57,685 nt of DNA from an uncultured Candidatus Poseidoniales archaeon (GCA_964570065.1 CAZMVZ010000006.1:1-57685); one strand, 5' to 3'. Numbered from the stretch's first letter, positions 27,814-38,325 are shown. Numbers and translations are program-made. Notes: generated by a model not told the origin, from the letters alone.

Positions 27814-28805
27814 TGGAACAATCGGCCCCAAAAACAATTTTTTTGGGTTTTCTTCAAAGTCAGGCCCACTGGCCAATCTCCATGGAAGCGGCTTTGCGAG
27901 ATCTAATCGGAATAAAATCTGTAAATCTCCGAACCCATAATGCGGGCCTTTCTCCTCATGGATTCACCTGCCTTGGAGTGGCGACATCAATTCCAGAACT
28001 AGAAATCCACTCAAACGAGGTTTTCATCTGGCATGCCCGAGCGGACATTTTGCCGATAACTAAGAGCGAGATCATCAGGTTTGGACTGGACGCACCTAGT
28101 GGATTGAACCTAATTCTCAGTGAAAGGCCGGTTCAATCAGAATGCCACTCAGTAGATACTTTCGATTTCAGAATTCTCGAACCAGAGGACATTTCATCGT
28201 GGGTCGGTCAGGCGGTTCTTTCTGGTGACTTGATTGCAACTGCTAAGGATGAAGATGATCGAGCAAGAATGGAGCATTATGGCCATGAAAGCCCAATTGA
28301 GAAAATGTTAGTTCTGAAACCAGATATCGAGGTCAAATCTTGGTCCGTCCAAAGAGGGATGGAGGGAGTCTCGTCTACGCCTGTCCTTATCTCTGCACGG
28401 CTATGGACGGTATTGGGGGAATTGCAAGGGCCCAATGGTGAAAATGAATCCGGTGAATGGACGATTCTAGAGGACCCATGGTCAAAAACCGTGACTCTAC
28501 TAAATGACATCCAGAATCTTCAGCATGCTCCCATTCTGAGGACGATTGAACCGCAAGATCTCGATTGGCTAACTCTGGATAGGATAAACGAAGAATTGGC
28601 CAAGGTCATAGAGGAAAGACGGCGGGGGAATTCAGAAAAGAGTAGTGTTTCAGGAACCGTCCGGAGCATGCTTCTACAGAAATGGCCTTTGGATTCGGAA
28701 AGAGCAATCGTCAGCCATAGCAAGATAATGATCCCCGGATGGGTAATGCATTTAGAAACTGAAAAGATTCTGCACGGCAGAAACGGTCGTCTATACGACT
28801 ACTAA
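27810..28805 (+). CDS. hypothetical protein
   Basis: 331-aa ORF overlapping the rpl30e stop; no motif recognised; start uncertain. Confidence 0.65.
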   Translation: MMEQSAPKTIFLGFLQSQAHWPISMEAALRDLIGIKSVNLRTHNAGLSPHGFTCLGVATSIPELEIHSNEVFIWHARADILPITKSEIIRFGLDAPSGLNLILSERPVQSECHSVDTFDFRILEPEDISSWVGQAVLSGDLIATAKDEDDRARMEHYGHESPIEKMLVLKPDIEVKSWSVQRGMEGVSSTPVLISARLWTVLGELQGPNGENESGEWTILEDPWSKTVTLLNDIQNLQHAPILRTIEPQDLDWLTLDRINEELAKVIEERRRGNSEKSSVSGTVRSMLLQKWPLDSERAIVSHSKIMIPGWVMHLETEKILHGRNGRLYDY

Positions 28806-29662
28806 TTCCTCTGGAGAAGCATCATATCTTCATCTGATAGTGTTTGACCTTCCATCAGCCTTGACATTAGATCAGTTACATCAACTCTCTCGGAATCTTG
28901 GTCTCTCTTTGATCCCGATAACTTCAGAATATCTTGCATGGAATGAATGCATCTGAGGGAAATGATGTATCTGTTATGCAAATCATCGGCATCGCCCTTA
29001 GTCGACGTTAGTCCTAGATGTTCCGAATTTGCCATTCCCCTGAGCCTGTCTACTTCATTTGAAAGCTCCATCATCAGTGAATGGGCTTCCTCGGATTTCT
29101 CTGAAGCAACAGTTACAGCGTCATGTGCCTTCTGCTGCCTCTTCTCTGCTTGCTTAACTTCCTTTAGAACAGAAGAGTTACTTGCTTCCTCTGAGTTTTT
29201 GAGTGTCTTAAATTCAGCCTGCAATCTCTTCATTGTCGTGAAGAAATCTCTCTCCTTTTTTGGGCTAATTTGCCCAGTTTGGTGGCGCCACTCTAACTTA
29301 TTCATCTGCTCACGAATTTTCCGAGAACTCGGGCCATTCTTCTTCTTTCCAGAGTCACGATCTTTATTCTCTGCCGCGCTTCTTAGTTTAGCCCTAATTT
29401 CCTTCAACTCATTTGTCTTTTCTAGTCTAATTTTCCTTAGTTCTGCAACTCTGCTGTTTGCCTCATTTCGCAAGGTCTTCTGCTTTTGGACTTCGGTAAT
29501 CAATTCCTTGACCTGGCTGTTAATCTCATTCCTCTTGTCCAATTGGCCCCTGACCTTCACGTTGAGTTGGTCGCGCTGTGTTTTGAAATCTGTCAGCTTA
29601 TCGCTAACTGTCTGAGTCTTCGTTTCGAAAACAGTGCTAAAATTCGACTGATTGAGTTCCAA
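28802..29662 (-). CDS. archaeal coiled-coil protein (COG1340-like), paralog 1
   Basis: Heptad helices, LEWRHQTGQISPKKER hinge, C-terminal LMEGQTLSDEDMMLLQ. Confidence 0.8.
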   Translation of the reverse strand: MELNQSNFSTVFETKTQTVSDKLTDFKTQRDQLNVKVRGQLDKRNEINSQVKELITEVQKQKTLRNEANSRVAELRKIRLEKTNELKEIRAKLRSAAENKDRDSGKKKNGPSSRKIREQMNKLEWRHQTGQISPKKERDFFTTMKRLQAEFKTLKNSEEASNSSVLKEVKQAEKRQQKAHDAVTVASEKSEEAHSLMMELSNEVDRLRGMANSEHLGLTSTKGDADDLHNRYIISLRCIHSMQDILKLSGSKRDQDSERVDVTDLMSRLMEGQTLSDEDMMLLQRN

Positions 29663-29725
29663 CTACGTCCCTCTGGCACTTCCAATTTGGGTCCCCATTT
29701 AAGGAATACCGAGTTTTCAATCAAT

Positions 29726-30691
29726 CTACTCCCTGCGAGTAGCAACTCGTCCTTGCCTACTGCCTTTTCTGGAGACCCCTATCTTCCTACTCTTTTTCCT
29801 AGGCTTGGACGCTTCTTCCAACTTTATTGATTCTTTTTCTCCCGTTTCAGAAATCGATGAGAGCCCGCCAGACTCTAGCAATGCACCCAACTCATCTGTG
29901 CTCAGAGCACCCCCCTTAGCCGCGATTCCACGAATATCTTCTATGCTGGAGAAGTCTCCCCTGCCAGATGAAATTCTGGAGAATTTCTCAACTCTTTTCA
30001 GCTCCTTGCGCTCAATCTTCACTGCCCCTTTCATTGATTCAATCTTCTTATCAATCGCTGAAATCCTCTTGCTGATTCGCCTAATCTCTTTCCTGCTAAC
30101 TTTATCTTCTTCAATCTCTATATTGTCTTTGAGTTCCGATACTACCTTGTTTGAGACTTCCTTATTTTGATCCAATTTAGAAGAAATTTTCCTCATCTCA
30201 CTCACTTTCTTGATATAATCCGAATGTGCCTTCTCTGCCTCTCTCTTTTTCTTAATAGATGCCTGAATCTCAAAGAACCTGCTGAATGCAGCTAGCTCTG
30301 GATTCAGCATTGGAACGGAAGTCAAGTCATTGTCAATGTTAGTTAAAGAATCGAATGTGTCACTCAACCACTCTTCTAGAATCTTCGATGGTGGCGGTAC
30401 GCACTTGTTTATCGCATCCCGCTTCTCGCGCTGTTTTTGCGCCATTTTTCTGGATGAGTGAAACTCGCCAAGTAACTTCTTTCTCCCAGAATCAGAATTT
30501 TCAAAACCTACAATTGCAGATCTCAAAGCCTTGATTATGTGCACTTGCTCCTTTCTCTCTGACTGCAGGTCTCTAATCTGCCCGTCAATGGAGCGCAGGA
30601 GAACCTTCTTTTCTTTGACAATCCTACTGATTCCTTCTGCATCGAATTCCTCAAGATCGCCCCAATTGTTCATTTCGGACCTCTCTCTCAT
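29726..30691 (-). CDS. archaeal coiled-coil protein (COG1340-like), paralog 2
   Basis: QREKRDAINK, KGGALSTDELGALL, basic tail. Confidence 0.72.
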   Translation of the reverse strand: MRERSEMNNWGDLEEFDAEGISRIVKEKKVLLRSIDGQIRDLQSERKEQVHIIKALRSAIVGFENSDSGRKKLLGEFHSSRKMAQKQREKRDAINKCVPPPSKILEEWLSDTFDSLTNIDNDLTSVPMLNPELAAFSRFFEIQASIKKKREAEKAHSDYIKKVSEMRKISSKLDQNKEVSNKVVSELKDNIEIEEDKVSRKEIRRISKRISAIDKKIESMKGAVKIERKELKRVEKFSRISSGRGDFSSIEDIRGIAAKGGALSTDELGALLESGGLSSISETGEKESIKLEEASKPRKKSRKIGVSRKGSRQGRVATRRE

Positions 30692-30704
30692 CCTTCTTCA
30701 CCTG

Positions 30705-31550
30705 CTAATTTTTTGACTCGTTTTTCTTCGTTGTCTTCTTTGCGAAAGAGGAACGTCCACCATCATCAACTGTCTTCCTAGGCCTAAGAAGATCCCGGAA
30801 CCCCGGTCCGATTTCACCAAAACCGACCTCCAACCTCTTTTCCCAGTATTCAATTGCCTTATCACTCTGAGAAAGCAATTCCCTAGCCCTATCTAACTGA
30901 CTCTTAACTTCCTTTAATTCTCCTGTTGATTCTGACAGCTTCTTATACATCGGTTGTGCCTTTGAAACCGCTTCCATCATCTTGGAATGAGCTTTATCTG
31001 CCTTCTTGAATAATTCAGACATCTTCCTGTTCTTCGCCAAATAGATGGACATTTCTGGATTGGAATCCTTTCTATCCTTGACCCATTTGTCGTTTTCCGA
31101 GATTAGCGCCCTCCTCTTCTCCAACAGTTTCCTCTCGGATTTGTGATCAAGAGCCGTGGTCTGAATCATATTCTCTATTTCTTCGATCTGCTCCAGCAGC
31201 TTTTTCTTTTTCCACTTGGGGTCCAGGATAATCATCCCCCCGGAGTTAATCAGACTCTCTCTGATTTTTTTTACCTCGGGAATCAAATCCCCAGCTTCTC
31301 TCTGGCAGCGCCCCCTCTCCTCTTTGTAAGATGCAACCTTACTATTTGCATCATCGAAAGCCTTTCTCATCCTATCGACCTTTGGACTCAATGAGTCTTC
31401 TTCAGCTTCCAGATTTCGTATTACGCCAGGAAGGTTGTCCTTTAGCATAATCCTCCTTTTCAGGAGTTTTTCAGCGAGCTCGTTTGGCTCTACCCGCATC
31501 AGTTCTCCAGTGTCCATTTCGATTCCGAGAAATACATCCCTTTTAGGCAA
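30705..31550 (-). CDS. archaeal coiled-coil protein (COG1340-like), paralog 3
   Basis: IENMIQTTALDHKSERKLL hinge, KADKAHSK. Confidence 0.78.
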   Translation of the reverse strand: MPKRDVFLGIEMDTGELMRVEPNELAEKLLKRRIMLKDNLPGVIRNLEAEEDSLSPKVDRMRKAFDDANSKVASYKEERGRCQREAGDLIPEVKKIRESLINSGGMIILDPKWKKKKLLEQIEEIENMIQTTALDHKSERKLLEKRRALISENDKWVKDRKDSNPEMSIYLAKNRKMSELFKKADKAHSKMMEAVSKAQPMYKKLSESTGELKEVKSQLDRARELLSQSDKAIEYWEKRLEVGFGEIGPGFRDLLRPRKTVDDGGRSSFAKKTTKKNESKN

Positions 31551-31582
31551 TACTGGACATTTTTGTGGGTTTGATTCATACG

Positions 31583-33148
31583 ATGTCCATTCAAGCCGAC
31601 TCCATGAGGGTCTTGCTAGGCAATTCTATTCTCATGTCCATAGCGATAATATCGCTATCCTGCATCAGTTTAAATTCATACTCGCCACATCATCTAGATT
31701 CGAGTCTAATAGAATCCAATTACTCTGACGAGTCGACAAACATCACTAATTTCACATCATCAGGAGGTTCTGGGTTGGCAGTTTCTGGAGAACCGGGATA
31801 CGTAGGGGACACACTCGTTGCCTCAATGATGGTGACCAATTCAGGTAATTCTAGCGGGACCGTGTCACTGATCATATCCCCAAAATCTGGAGATGATATT
31901 TTCCAGGGCGCACAGATTCCTATCTCGTCCGGTTCTACTCGCGAAGTTTTCACCCCCTTCAAACTGTCTTCATCCGGGACGAACAATTTTGATTGGCAGG
32001 TATCTGTGGTTGACGACCCGGATAATTTGCAATTGCAAGGCAATTTTTCAGTGGAGGTGATGCCGAGTCAGGTCCTCAATCTATCCATTGACACAATAGA
32101 ATGGACCAATTCTGGTGGATTGAATTTCGACGCATCGGTATTCTTGTCTAATGGTAAATCACGAGGAATAATCCTCGAGGCCTCGTCGGGTTCCCAGGGA
32201 AGCTACCAATTATTGCAGAGAATACAGATTGCATCTGATCCGGGCCGCAGGACTATCACATTCGACCTAGGCCATCCTTCAGCAGATGAGGTAATTTTGG
32301 AGGCGATTCCAATTGGATGGTTGCCTTCACTAGATTCTGAAAATTCCTCGCAGATCTATGTTTCTGAGCCATTGGTGAATATAGACTCAATCTTGGTAGA
32401 AGCCATCTTTACTCCCGAAAGACCAATTCCCGGAGATAGGGTCATGGCCTCCATATTCTTAGAAAATATGGGCAATTATCAAGCACAATCTGGTTATGTC
32501 CGAGTGATTTCTTCTTCTGACCAGAAAATCCTCTCCGAAACCGAAGTCCAATCGGTAATGCCTGGATCAAATCTCACAACAGACGTGTCTTTGCCCAATT
32601 GGCCGGATAGTGATAGCGTTATTTTAGAGGTGCAGTGGCATACGAGTGGCATCAAATCCTCAAATTTTTACTCAATAGAGACGGATAATAGCCAGGAAGG
32701 GCTGAACCTTCCCTTTGACATTCTCGCTGCCGGTTATGGCCTCCTCGCCGGGGTTCTAACAATCCTGGTAGGGACATTAGTTTGGCGTGCAGTTTCTACT
32801 AGGACCCCATCTACCTCGGATTTCAATCTCCGGGAAACCAAGGAATCTGCAAAGTCACTGTCTAAACAAGAGAAGACGGAGATTCAATGCTCATACTGCG
32901 ATCAAAGATTGATGGTCCCGCACAATCATGCCGGAGGAGTTCGCTGCCCTGCATGCTCAATGGAATTCATAGTCGGTGAAAACGAAAAACCATCGCATCC
33001 GGTCGTCCGCTCTTCTGAAGACACTCTAAACTGCCCAGAATGTGAACAGGCGTTGAGGGTAAAGATGGAGAATAGGCCAGCAATGTCTAGGTGCCCGGTG
33101 TGCAAGACTGAATTCATGGCCGAGGCGGAGGGGGCGCAAGATGTCTGA
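31583..33148 (+). CDS. surface Ig-like/CARDB-domain membrane protein with cytoplasmic double zinc ribbon
   Basis: Signal peptide, beta-rich repeats, one TM, then CSYC..CPAC and CPEC..CPVC; start uncertain. Confidence 0.75.
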   Translation: MSIQADSMRVLLGNSILMSIAIISLSCISLNSYSPHHLDSSLIESNYSDESTNITNFTSSGGSGLAVSGEPGYVGDTLVASMMVTNSGNSSGTVSLIISPKSGDDIFQGAQIPISSGSTREVFTPFKLSSSGTNNFDWQVSVVDDPDNLQLQGNFSVEVMPSQVLNLSIDTIEWTNSGGLNFDASVFLSNGKSRGIILEASSGSQGSYQLLQRIQIASDPGRRTITFDLGHPSADEVILEAIPIGWLPSLDSENSSQIYVSEPLVNIDSILVEAIFTPERPIPGDRVMASIFLENMGNYQAQSGYVRVISSSDQKILSETEVQSVMPGSNLTTDVSLPNWPDSDSVILEVQWHTSGIKSSNFYSIETDNSQEGLNLPFDILAAGYGLLAGVLTILVGTLVWRAVSTRTPSTSDFNLRETKESAKSLSKQEKTEIQCSYCDQRLMVPHNHAGGVRCPACSMEFIVGENEKPSHPVVRSSEDTLNCPECEQALRVKMENRPAMSRCPVCKTEFMAEAEGAQDV

Positions 33149-33800
33149 ATTCAGCGAAATTGAGGAGATGTATCTGAAGACTATCTTCGAGGTTCATACC
33201 GAGACTCCCGGCGAGATTGTTAAGACAACTCAACTTGCTGAATTGATGGGAGTATCTGCTGCCTCTGTAACAGAAATGGTTCAACGCCTCTCCCAACGTG
33301 AAATGATTACTCACATCCCTTATCGTGGATGCCGACTAACAACCGAGGGATTCCAGTTAGCTGCTAGGGTAAAACGGCGAGAAGGACTTCTCGAGGTTCT
33401 TCTGAAAGATGTGATTGGATTCAAGGGAGACGTGAAAGGGGTTGCATGCAAAATGGAGCACGCAGTGGGCATAGAACTGGAGGAAACTCTAGACCGCCTT
33501 CTTGGCTATCCTGAGACAACTGTAGGGGGTCGCAGAATTCCCAGTATTGAGCGCGATTTTGATACATTGGGAGTCGGAACGCTATTGCCATTAGGACGCT
33601 TACCAGAGGGAGCATCCGCTGTAGTGGAAATGATAGTTGCAAATGATGTTGAATCCATCACTATCAGCGATTGCGGACTTGGGTTAGGCGAATCAGTCTC
33701 AGTGTCCGGCGGCACGATAATTTCTAATGGTCAGATCGTTGGATTATCTGATAGCATTTCAATGAAGATTCTGGCTAGAATTACTTCTATGGAGGTTTAA
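33141..33800 (+). CDS. DtxR/MntR family metal-dependent regulator with FeoA-like domain
   Basis: EEMYLKTI, GVSAASVTEMVQRL, PYRGCRLT, ACKMEH, LGYP. Confidence 0.9.
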   Translation: MSEFSEIEEMYLKTIFEVHTETPGEIVKTTQLAELMGVSAASVTEMVQRLSQREMITHIPYRGCRLTTEGFQLAARVKRREGLLEVLLKDVIGFKGDVKGVACKMEHAVGIELEETLDRLLGYPETTVGGRRIPSIERDFDTLGVGTLLPLGRLPEGASAVVEMIVANDVESITISDCGLGLGESVSVSGGTIISNGQIVGLSDSISMKILARITSMEV

Positions 33801-33803
33801 TAC

Positions 33804-35381
33804 ATGTCTTCGAACGAAGAGCCAAGCAATTTCCACTCACCCGAGAGTGAATTGGAATCAATGGTGGCAACACTACAGACAGAGACGCCCTCTGCCCCCG
33901 AAATCAAAGGAATGGTGAAGGAAGAGGACAAGGTCGAAATCAACAATAACAAGGAGAAATTGAAGTCCAGAGAGGCCATTTTGACAGGAATTGATGACCT
34001 ATTAATCAGCAGGGGGGCACGTTTGATATTATTCCTACCGATTGTAGTTGTGCTTCTATTCGGCCTTGCACAGTCATATCGAGGATCAGTACCAGGCTGG
34101 TGGGAGGGTGGGGTGCAGGAACTATTCTTCGATCTCACATTCTCAAATTCAGTTTACTTGCTCGCGCTAGCTCTAATGGTAACCGATCTGGTGCTATTGG
34201 TTGTTCTCCATTACTTGTTGTGGGTCACAAAGCGGATTTTTCAAATCGAAACAGATGAGATAGTCTCTACTGGAATCACATTTCGCAGCTCCCACGGGTA
34301 TAGCGAGATGAGAGCAGTAATTGATGGCGCTTCTAACCAACTCAACCTTACAACTACTCTGATGTTTTCCTCAACTGGTCTACTTGGATTGGCATTGTTT
34401 TTCCCCTCCGATACTCAAGGAATCCCTGTATTGATTGCATTATCCACCGGCACTCTACTTTCTGGACATAGTGTATACATGGTTTCCAATCGACCTCGAT
34501 TCAACACGGTCGAGCCATGGGGTCTGTTGGACGCATTCTCCCCTCCGATGCATCCTGCATTGCTGAATAAGCCATTCACAGACGTCATCAGGTCTCATGT
34601 TGATCCCCTACTAGCTGTTCGCTTCTCCAAGTACGTCTCATCATTTAGTGAGAATCTCCAGAGCGGGGTGAAACTTTCAGAATTACAGGAGTATTTACTG
34701 CAAGTTCTCGATTTGTTCCGCTCAGGCTTGATCGAAGAGGATGATTTCCATCAAGCACTCGGGGAATTGGTAGATACAGCAACTATTGACCAGATTATCA
34801 ATCATCCCGAGCTTGGAGAAGAGACATTGGACAGGCTACTTATGCATGCGAGGGACCGATGCGCACCCTTTTTCCGCCTAAACGATAGGATGAGGATGCA
34901 CCTGTCCGCCCATACCAGTGAGCAAATATGGTTTGATGTGGATATGGAGAATCTAACACTTGGCCAGGCAAATCTTTTCGCTTTCGTACTAAACGAGACA
35001 GGAGAAACCCAGGACCTAATTCTAAGGGTGCAGACCCCCGATTTCAGGCCAAACGAGTGCGTCTATCGACTCAAAGCAGAACCACATAGGGATGACTCAT
35101 TGTCAGGAAAGACAACCTACGAGAGGGTCTCATCTTCACTGGAATCCTCGAGAATCGTCTGGCAGACACTGATACCTTCGTCAATGGGCGATGCAACGGT
35201 AACCGTGAGGCTCGAGGACTCTTCCGGGAATCTAATTTCTGGAAAGGTGCTAACATCACAAGTACGCTCCGATCTCTTTACCCGCCTAAGGATGACAACC
35301 GGGGCCGTATTCATGTTCGGCGCCGCTCTCGCCATCATTTCCCCGATTCTTCCCTTTGTAGCTAGGTTGCTTGGCCTTTAG
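33804..35381 (+). CDS. membrane protein of unknown function
   Basis: Four N-terminal TMs, a soluble domain and a C-terminal TM. Confidence 0.75.
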   Translation: MSSNEEPSNFHSPESELESMVATLQTETPSAPEIKGMVKEEDKVEINNNKEKLKSREAILTGIDDLLISRGARLILFLPIVVVLLFGLAQSYRGSVPGWWEGGVQELFFDLTFSNSVYLLALALMVTDLVLLVVLHYLLWVTKRIFQIETDEIVSTGITFRSSHGYSEMRAVIDGASNQLNLTTTLMFSSTGLLGLALFFPSDTQGIPVLIALSTGTLLSGHSVYMVSNRPRFNTVEPWGLLDAFSPPMHPALLNKPFTDVIRSHVDPLLAVRFSKYVSSFSENLQSGVKLSELQEYLLQVLDLFRSGLIEEDDFHQALGELVDTATIDQIINHPELGEETLDRLLMHARDRCAPFFRLNDRMRMHLSAHTSEQIWFDVDMENLTLGQANLFAFVLNETGETQDLILRVQTPDFRPNECVYRLKAEPHRDDSLSGKTTYERVSSSLESSRIVWQTLIPSSMGDATVTVRLEDSSGNLISGKVLTSQVRSDLFTRLRMTTGAVFMFGAALAIISPILPFVARLLGL

Positions 35382-35415
35382 GTCTCTTCAATAAGGGGGC
35401 ACTATTCGCAATTGC

Positions 35416-36402
35416 ATGGATAGTGACGATGAGGTCTCAGACGATCTCCGAACTAGGTTGCATGCCATGGAGTCCAAACTGAGCAGAGTTCGTGGACAGA
35501 GAGATTCACACAATGAATCTGCTAAGAGGGCCGCAGACCAGCGAAACTCAGCTCAAAATAAAAGGAACGAGGTCCAAGAAACCATCAAATCTAGGATGGA
35601 TGACCAGAAGAAGGTACGTGCCCAGGCCAAGATTCACCAAGCAAGTCGTGACGAGATCCAGCAGACCATTAGGGAGATATTCACTCGAAAGAAGGGGAAA
35701 CGAGACCAAGGACCCGGAAAGTCCGTGGTCATCCAGCTGTCCGAAACCGTAGGCGAGATTGAGAGGATTGAGGAACGGATCATGACTGATGGCGCGCTAA
35801 CCCTGGAGAAGGAGAATGCGCTAATCAAGAAACTCAGGTCTTTAATTTCTCGAAGAGACGAGTTAATTCCTCATGTCGAGCAGCAGCGAATAGTTTCAAT
35901 CGACCTGAGTGACATGGATGAGTCAATTCAAAGATTAAGGGCAGAAGCCGACAACGAGCACAACCTAATGCTCGAGCAGAATAGTCTTGCAGACGAGATT
36001 TGGGGTGAAATAAAGCCGCTTTTCGAAGAGAGGGACTTCCTCAGAGGCGAGGGCGATAGGCTACATGCTCTTTTCGTGGAAGAAAGGGGCAAGGCCGACG
36101 AGGCCCACAAGGGATTAGTCGAACTACTCTCCAAGGTTAATGAGATCCGTAGTGAGATCCGTTCACAGCACGAGGAGAGGGAGAGGTTAGTCAAGGACCA
36201 CAACAAATCCGTCAGGCAGGCTCTAAGAGGTCCCGATCAAAACGAAGAACTCGCAGAATCGCTTTCCGACAAGCTTCTCGGAGGAGAATCAATCACCTTC
36301 GGTGGCATCGTAGGCACTGATGCCAGCGAAACTAGGGAAGAAATAACGAAGCCAAAGAGGAAACCAAGAAAGCTGGGTACTTCTCGAGGTAGGAAGAGCT
36401 AG
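35416..36402 (+). CDS. archaeal coiled-coil protein (COG1340-like), paralog 4
   Basis: QRDSHN, IEERIMTDGALTLEKENALIKKL, ADNEHN/ADEAHK, basic tail. Confidence 0.82.
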   Translation: MDSDDEVSDDLRTRLHAMESKLSRVRGQRDSHNESAKRAADQRNSAQNKRNEVQETIKSRMDDQKKVRAQAKIHQASRDEIQQTIREIFTRKKGKRDQGPGKSVVIQLSETVGEIERIEERIMTDGALTLEKENALIKKLRSLISRRDELIPHVEQQRIVSIDLSDMDESIQRLRAEADNEHNLMLEQNSLADEIWGEIKPLFEERDFLRGEGDRLHALFVEERGKADEAHKGLVELLSKVNEIRSEIRSQHEERERLVKDHNKSVRQALRGPDQNEELAESLSDKLLGGESITFGGIVGTDASETREEITKPKRKPRKLGTSRGRKS

Positions 36403-37392
36403 CTACCAACCTCGTTCTTCGAGCCTAGTTTCCAGTGCGTCTATTTCCAGTCCCGGCATTGCCTCTCCAACCATCTCACAGGCTTCAGCAACTACTGCTG
36501 CGTCTTCGAAGTGATGCGTCGCAAGCACAATCGCCTCAGCAGTTCTCGTCGGGTCAGAACTCTTGAAGATTCCAGATCCAACGAAAATCCCATCCATGCC
36601 ATGCTTCATCATCAGAGATGCGTCAGCAGGAGTTGCTATGCCTCCAGCCGAGAAAGTTACCACTGGTAGGCGACCTAAGTCCGTTACTTCATCGAGAACG
36701 GATGCTATTTCCTTCCTGATTTCTTCTAGGCTCCCGAAGGGAGTAGTTTTCACTTTAGCACCTATTTCAGACGATTTCTCCAGTCTTCTGTACCCATCAA
36801 GAATTTTCTCTACAATTTCCTCACGCGCGTTTGCGTCGGCATTTTTCGAAGTCTCAATTTCAGTTGCTAGGAGTCTAGCATGCTTGACCGCACTCACAAC
36901 ATTTCCTGTGCCCGCTTCTCCTTTCGTCCTAATCATCGCAGCTCCCTCGGCCACTCTTCTAACCGCCTCTCCAAGGCTGGTGCAGCCGCAGACGAATGGA
37001 ATTGTGAAGTCATCTTTGGGGATGTGGTAGAACGGGTCTGCGGGAGTTAGCACCTCCGATTCGTCAATCATGTCTACTCCCAGAGCCTCCAGTACTCTGG
37101 CCTCTTCATCGTGGCCTATTCTGGCCTTAGCCATAACTGGAATGCTAGTGGTCTCGATTATCTCCTTGATCAGTTTTGGATGGCTCATCCTTGCTACTCC
37201 GCCAGAAGATCGAATATCCGCAGGCACCCTCTCTAGAGCCATTACCGATACGGCACCAGCATCCTCCGCTATGTGAGCCTGTTCCGGGGTAACGACATCC
37301 ATCACTACGCCGCCTTCCTGCATTTTCGCAAAACCCCTCTTGAGAAGCTCTGTCCCATGCCTCATATTGCCCAACTCAACCCTTTGCGGCAT
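36403..37392 (-). CDS. pdxS: pyridoxal 5'-phosphate synthase, lyase subunit
   Basis: [45 protein letters not shown]; start probably MPQRVE. Confidence 0.97.
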   Translation of the reverse strand: MPQRVELGNMRHGTELLKRGFAKMQEGGVVMDVVTPEQAHIAEDAGAVSVMALERVPADIRSSGGVARMSHPKLIKEIIETTSIPVMAKARIGHDEEARVLEALGVDMIDESEVLTPADPFYHIPKDDFTIPFVCGCTSLGEAVRRVAEGAAMIRTKGEAGTGNVVSAVKHARLLATEIETSKNADANAREEIVEKILDGYRRLEKSSEIGAKVKTTPFGSLEEIRKEIASVLDEVTDLGRLPVVTFSAGGIATPADASLMMKHGMDGIFVGSGIFKSSDPTRTAEAIVLATHHFEDAAVVAEACEMVGEAMPGLEIDALETRLEERGW

Positions 37393-37442
37393 ACAGATTC
37401 CTCTCGGCATGTATTGATGAACCTATGTGGGGGACAATTTTC

Positions 37443-37721
37443 CTAACTATCAGCCAGAACAGGAGAATCTCCCTCTGCTATGGGGAGGTTGGGGGATTCT
37501 TCCTCATTCTTCTCCAACCATTCCATTTCTTCGTCTGGCAAATCGCTATCAGCATAGATTGCCTCTTCTGGGCACTCAGGAATGCACGCCGCACAGTCTA
37601 TGCACTCATCGGGATCTATCACCAGATATTCTTCGGCTTCCCTAAAGGCTTCTACTGGGCAGACATGTACGCAATCTTGGTATTTGCACCTTACACAAGC
37701 ACTGGTAACTACGTGGGTCAT
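37443..37721 (-). CDS. 7Fe-type ferredoxin (FdxA-like)
   Basis: CVRCKYQDCVHVCP and DECIDCAACIPECP. Confidence 0.92.
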   Translation of the reverse strand: MTHVVTSACVRCKYQDCVHVCPVEAFREAEEYLVIDPDECIDCAACIPECPEEAIYADSDLPDEEMEWLEKNEEESPNLPIAEGDSPVLADS

Positions 37722-37763
37722 AACGAGTCAACTGTCCAAGTAATTAGCATATGAATTCTTGTA

Positions 37764-38195
37764 TCATTCGCCAATCAATCCAATTAGCAAATTCTCAGCA
37801 ACCTCATTCGCCTCCTGGCCAGGGTAAACTTCCAACTTGAACTTCCCCTTAGCAACAGGTTCGTTTGAATTCTGTGATACGACCCCCTGCCCCTGTACAA
37901 GCTTGTCTAGTCTCAGCCTCACATGCAGGAACTTGTCCTCGTCTACTCTATTGTCTAGTCCCCTTTCGAGCATTGAAACCAAAGAATCATTTTCCAATCT
38001 CGCCAATGAGGATAGTGCTTGCTTCCCCTTCATCTTCACGCTTATCGTCTGCATCGGGGCTCCCAATGTTGACTTTTCTTTGTGGATGATAATATCAGAT
38101 AATCCCCCACTCAGCCAACTAAGTGCATCTTCGATCAATTTGCCTTCGTCAACGGCACTCGCATGTATTCTCCATTCGCCGCCATGGAGGCTCAT
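37764..38195 (-). CDS. DUF54-like archaeal RNA-binding protein
   Basis: HASAVDE, LDNRVDEDKFLHVRLRLDKL, KFKLEVYP; the upstream part of the 322-aa ORF is antisense to rps3ae. Confidence 0.7.
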   Translation of the reverse strand: MSLHGGEWRIHASAVDEGKLIEDALSWLSGGLSDIIIHKEKSTLGAPMQTISVKMKGKQALSSLARLENDSLVSMLERGLDNRVDEDKFLHVRLRLDKLVQGQGVVSQNSNEPVAKGKFKLEVYPGQEANEVAENLLIGLIGE

Positions 38196-38325
38196 GCCCT
38201 TGCCAGACGCTGACGTGACTTGAATGCGTTCCATGGCCATTGATATCGTAGCATTCCGTTCAAATACTGGTTGCAGGTCGGACGGCTCGCAAACGGGGTA
38301 GCCCCCGCAATATGGAGACGTTTCA

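Noticed and set aside
36690-36870. ~35-aa insertion in PdxS
   Set aside because: Long (~335 aa) PdxS forms are known in several archaea, so this is not novel
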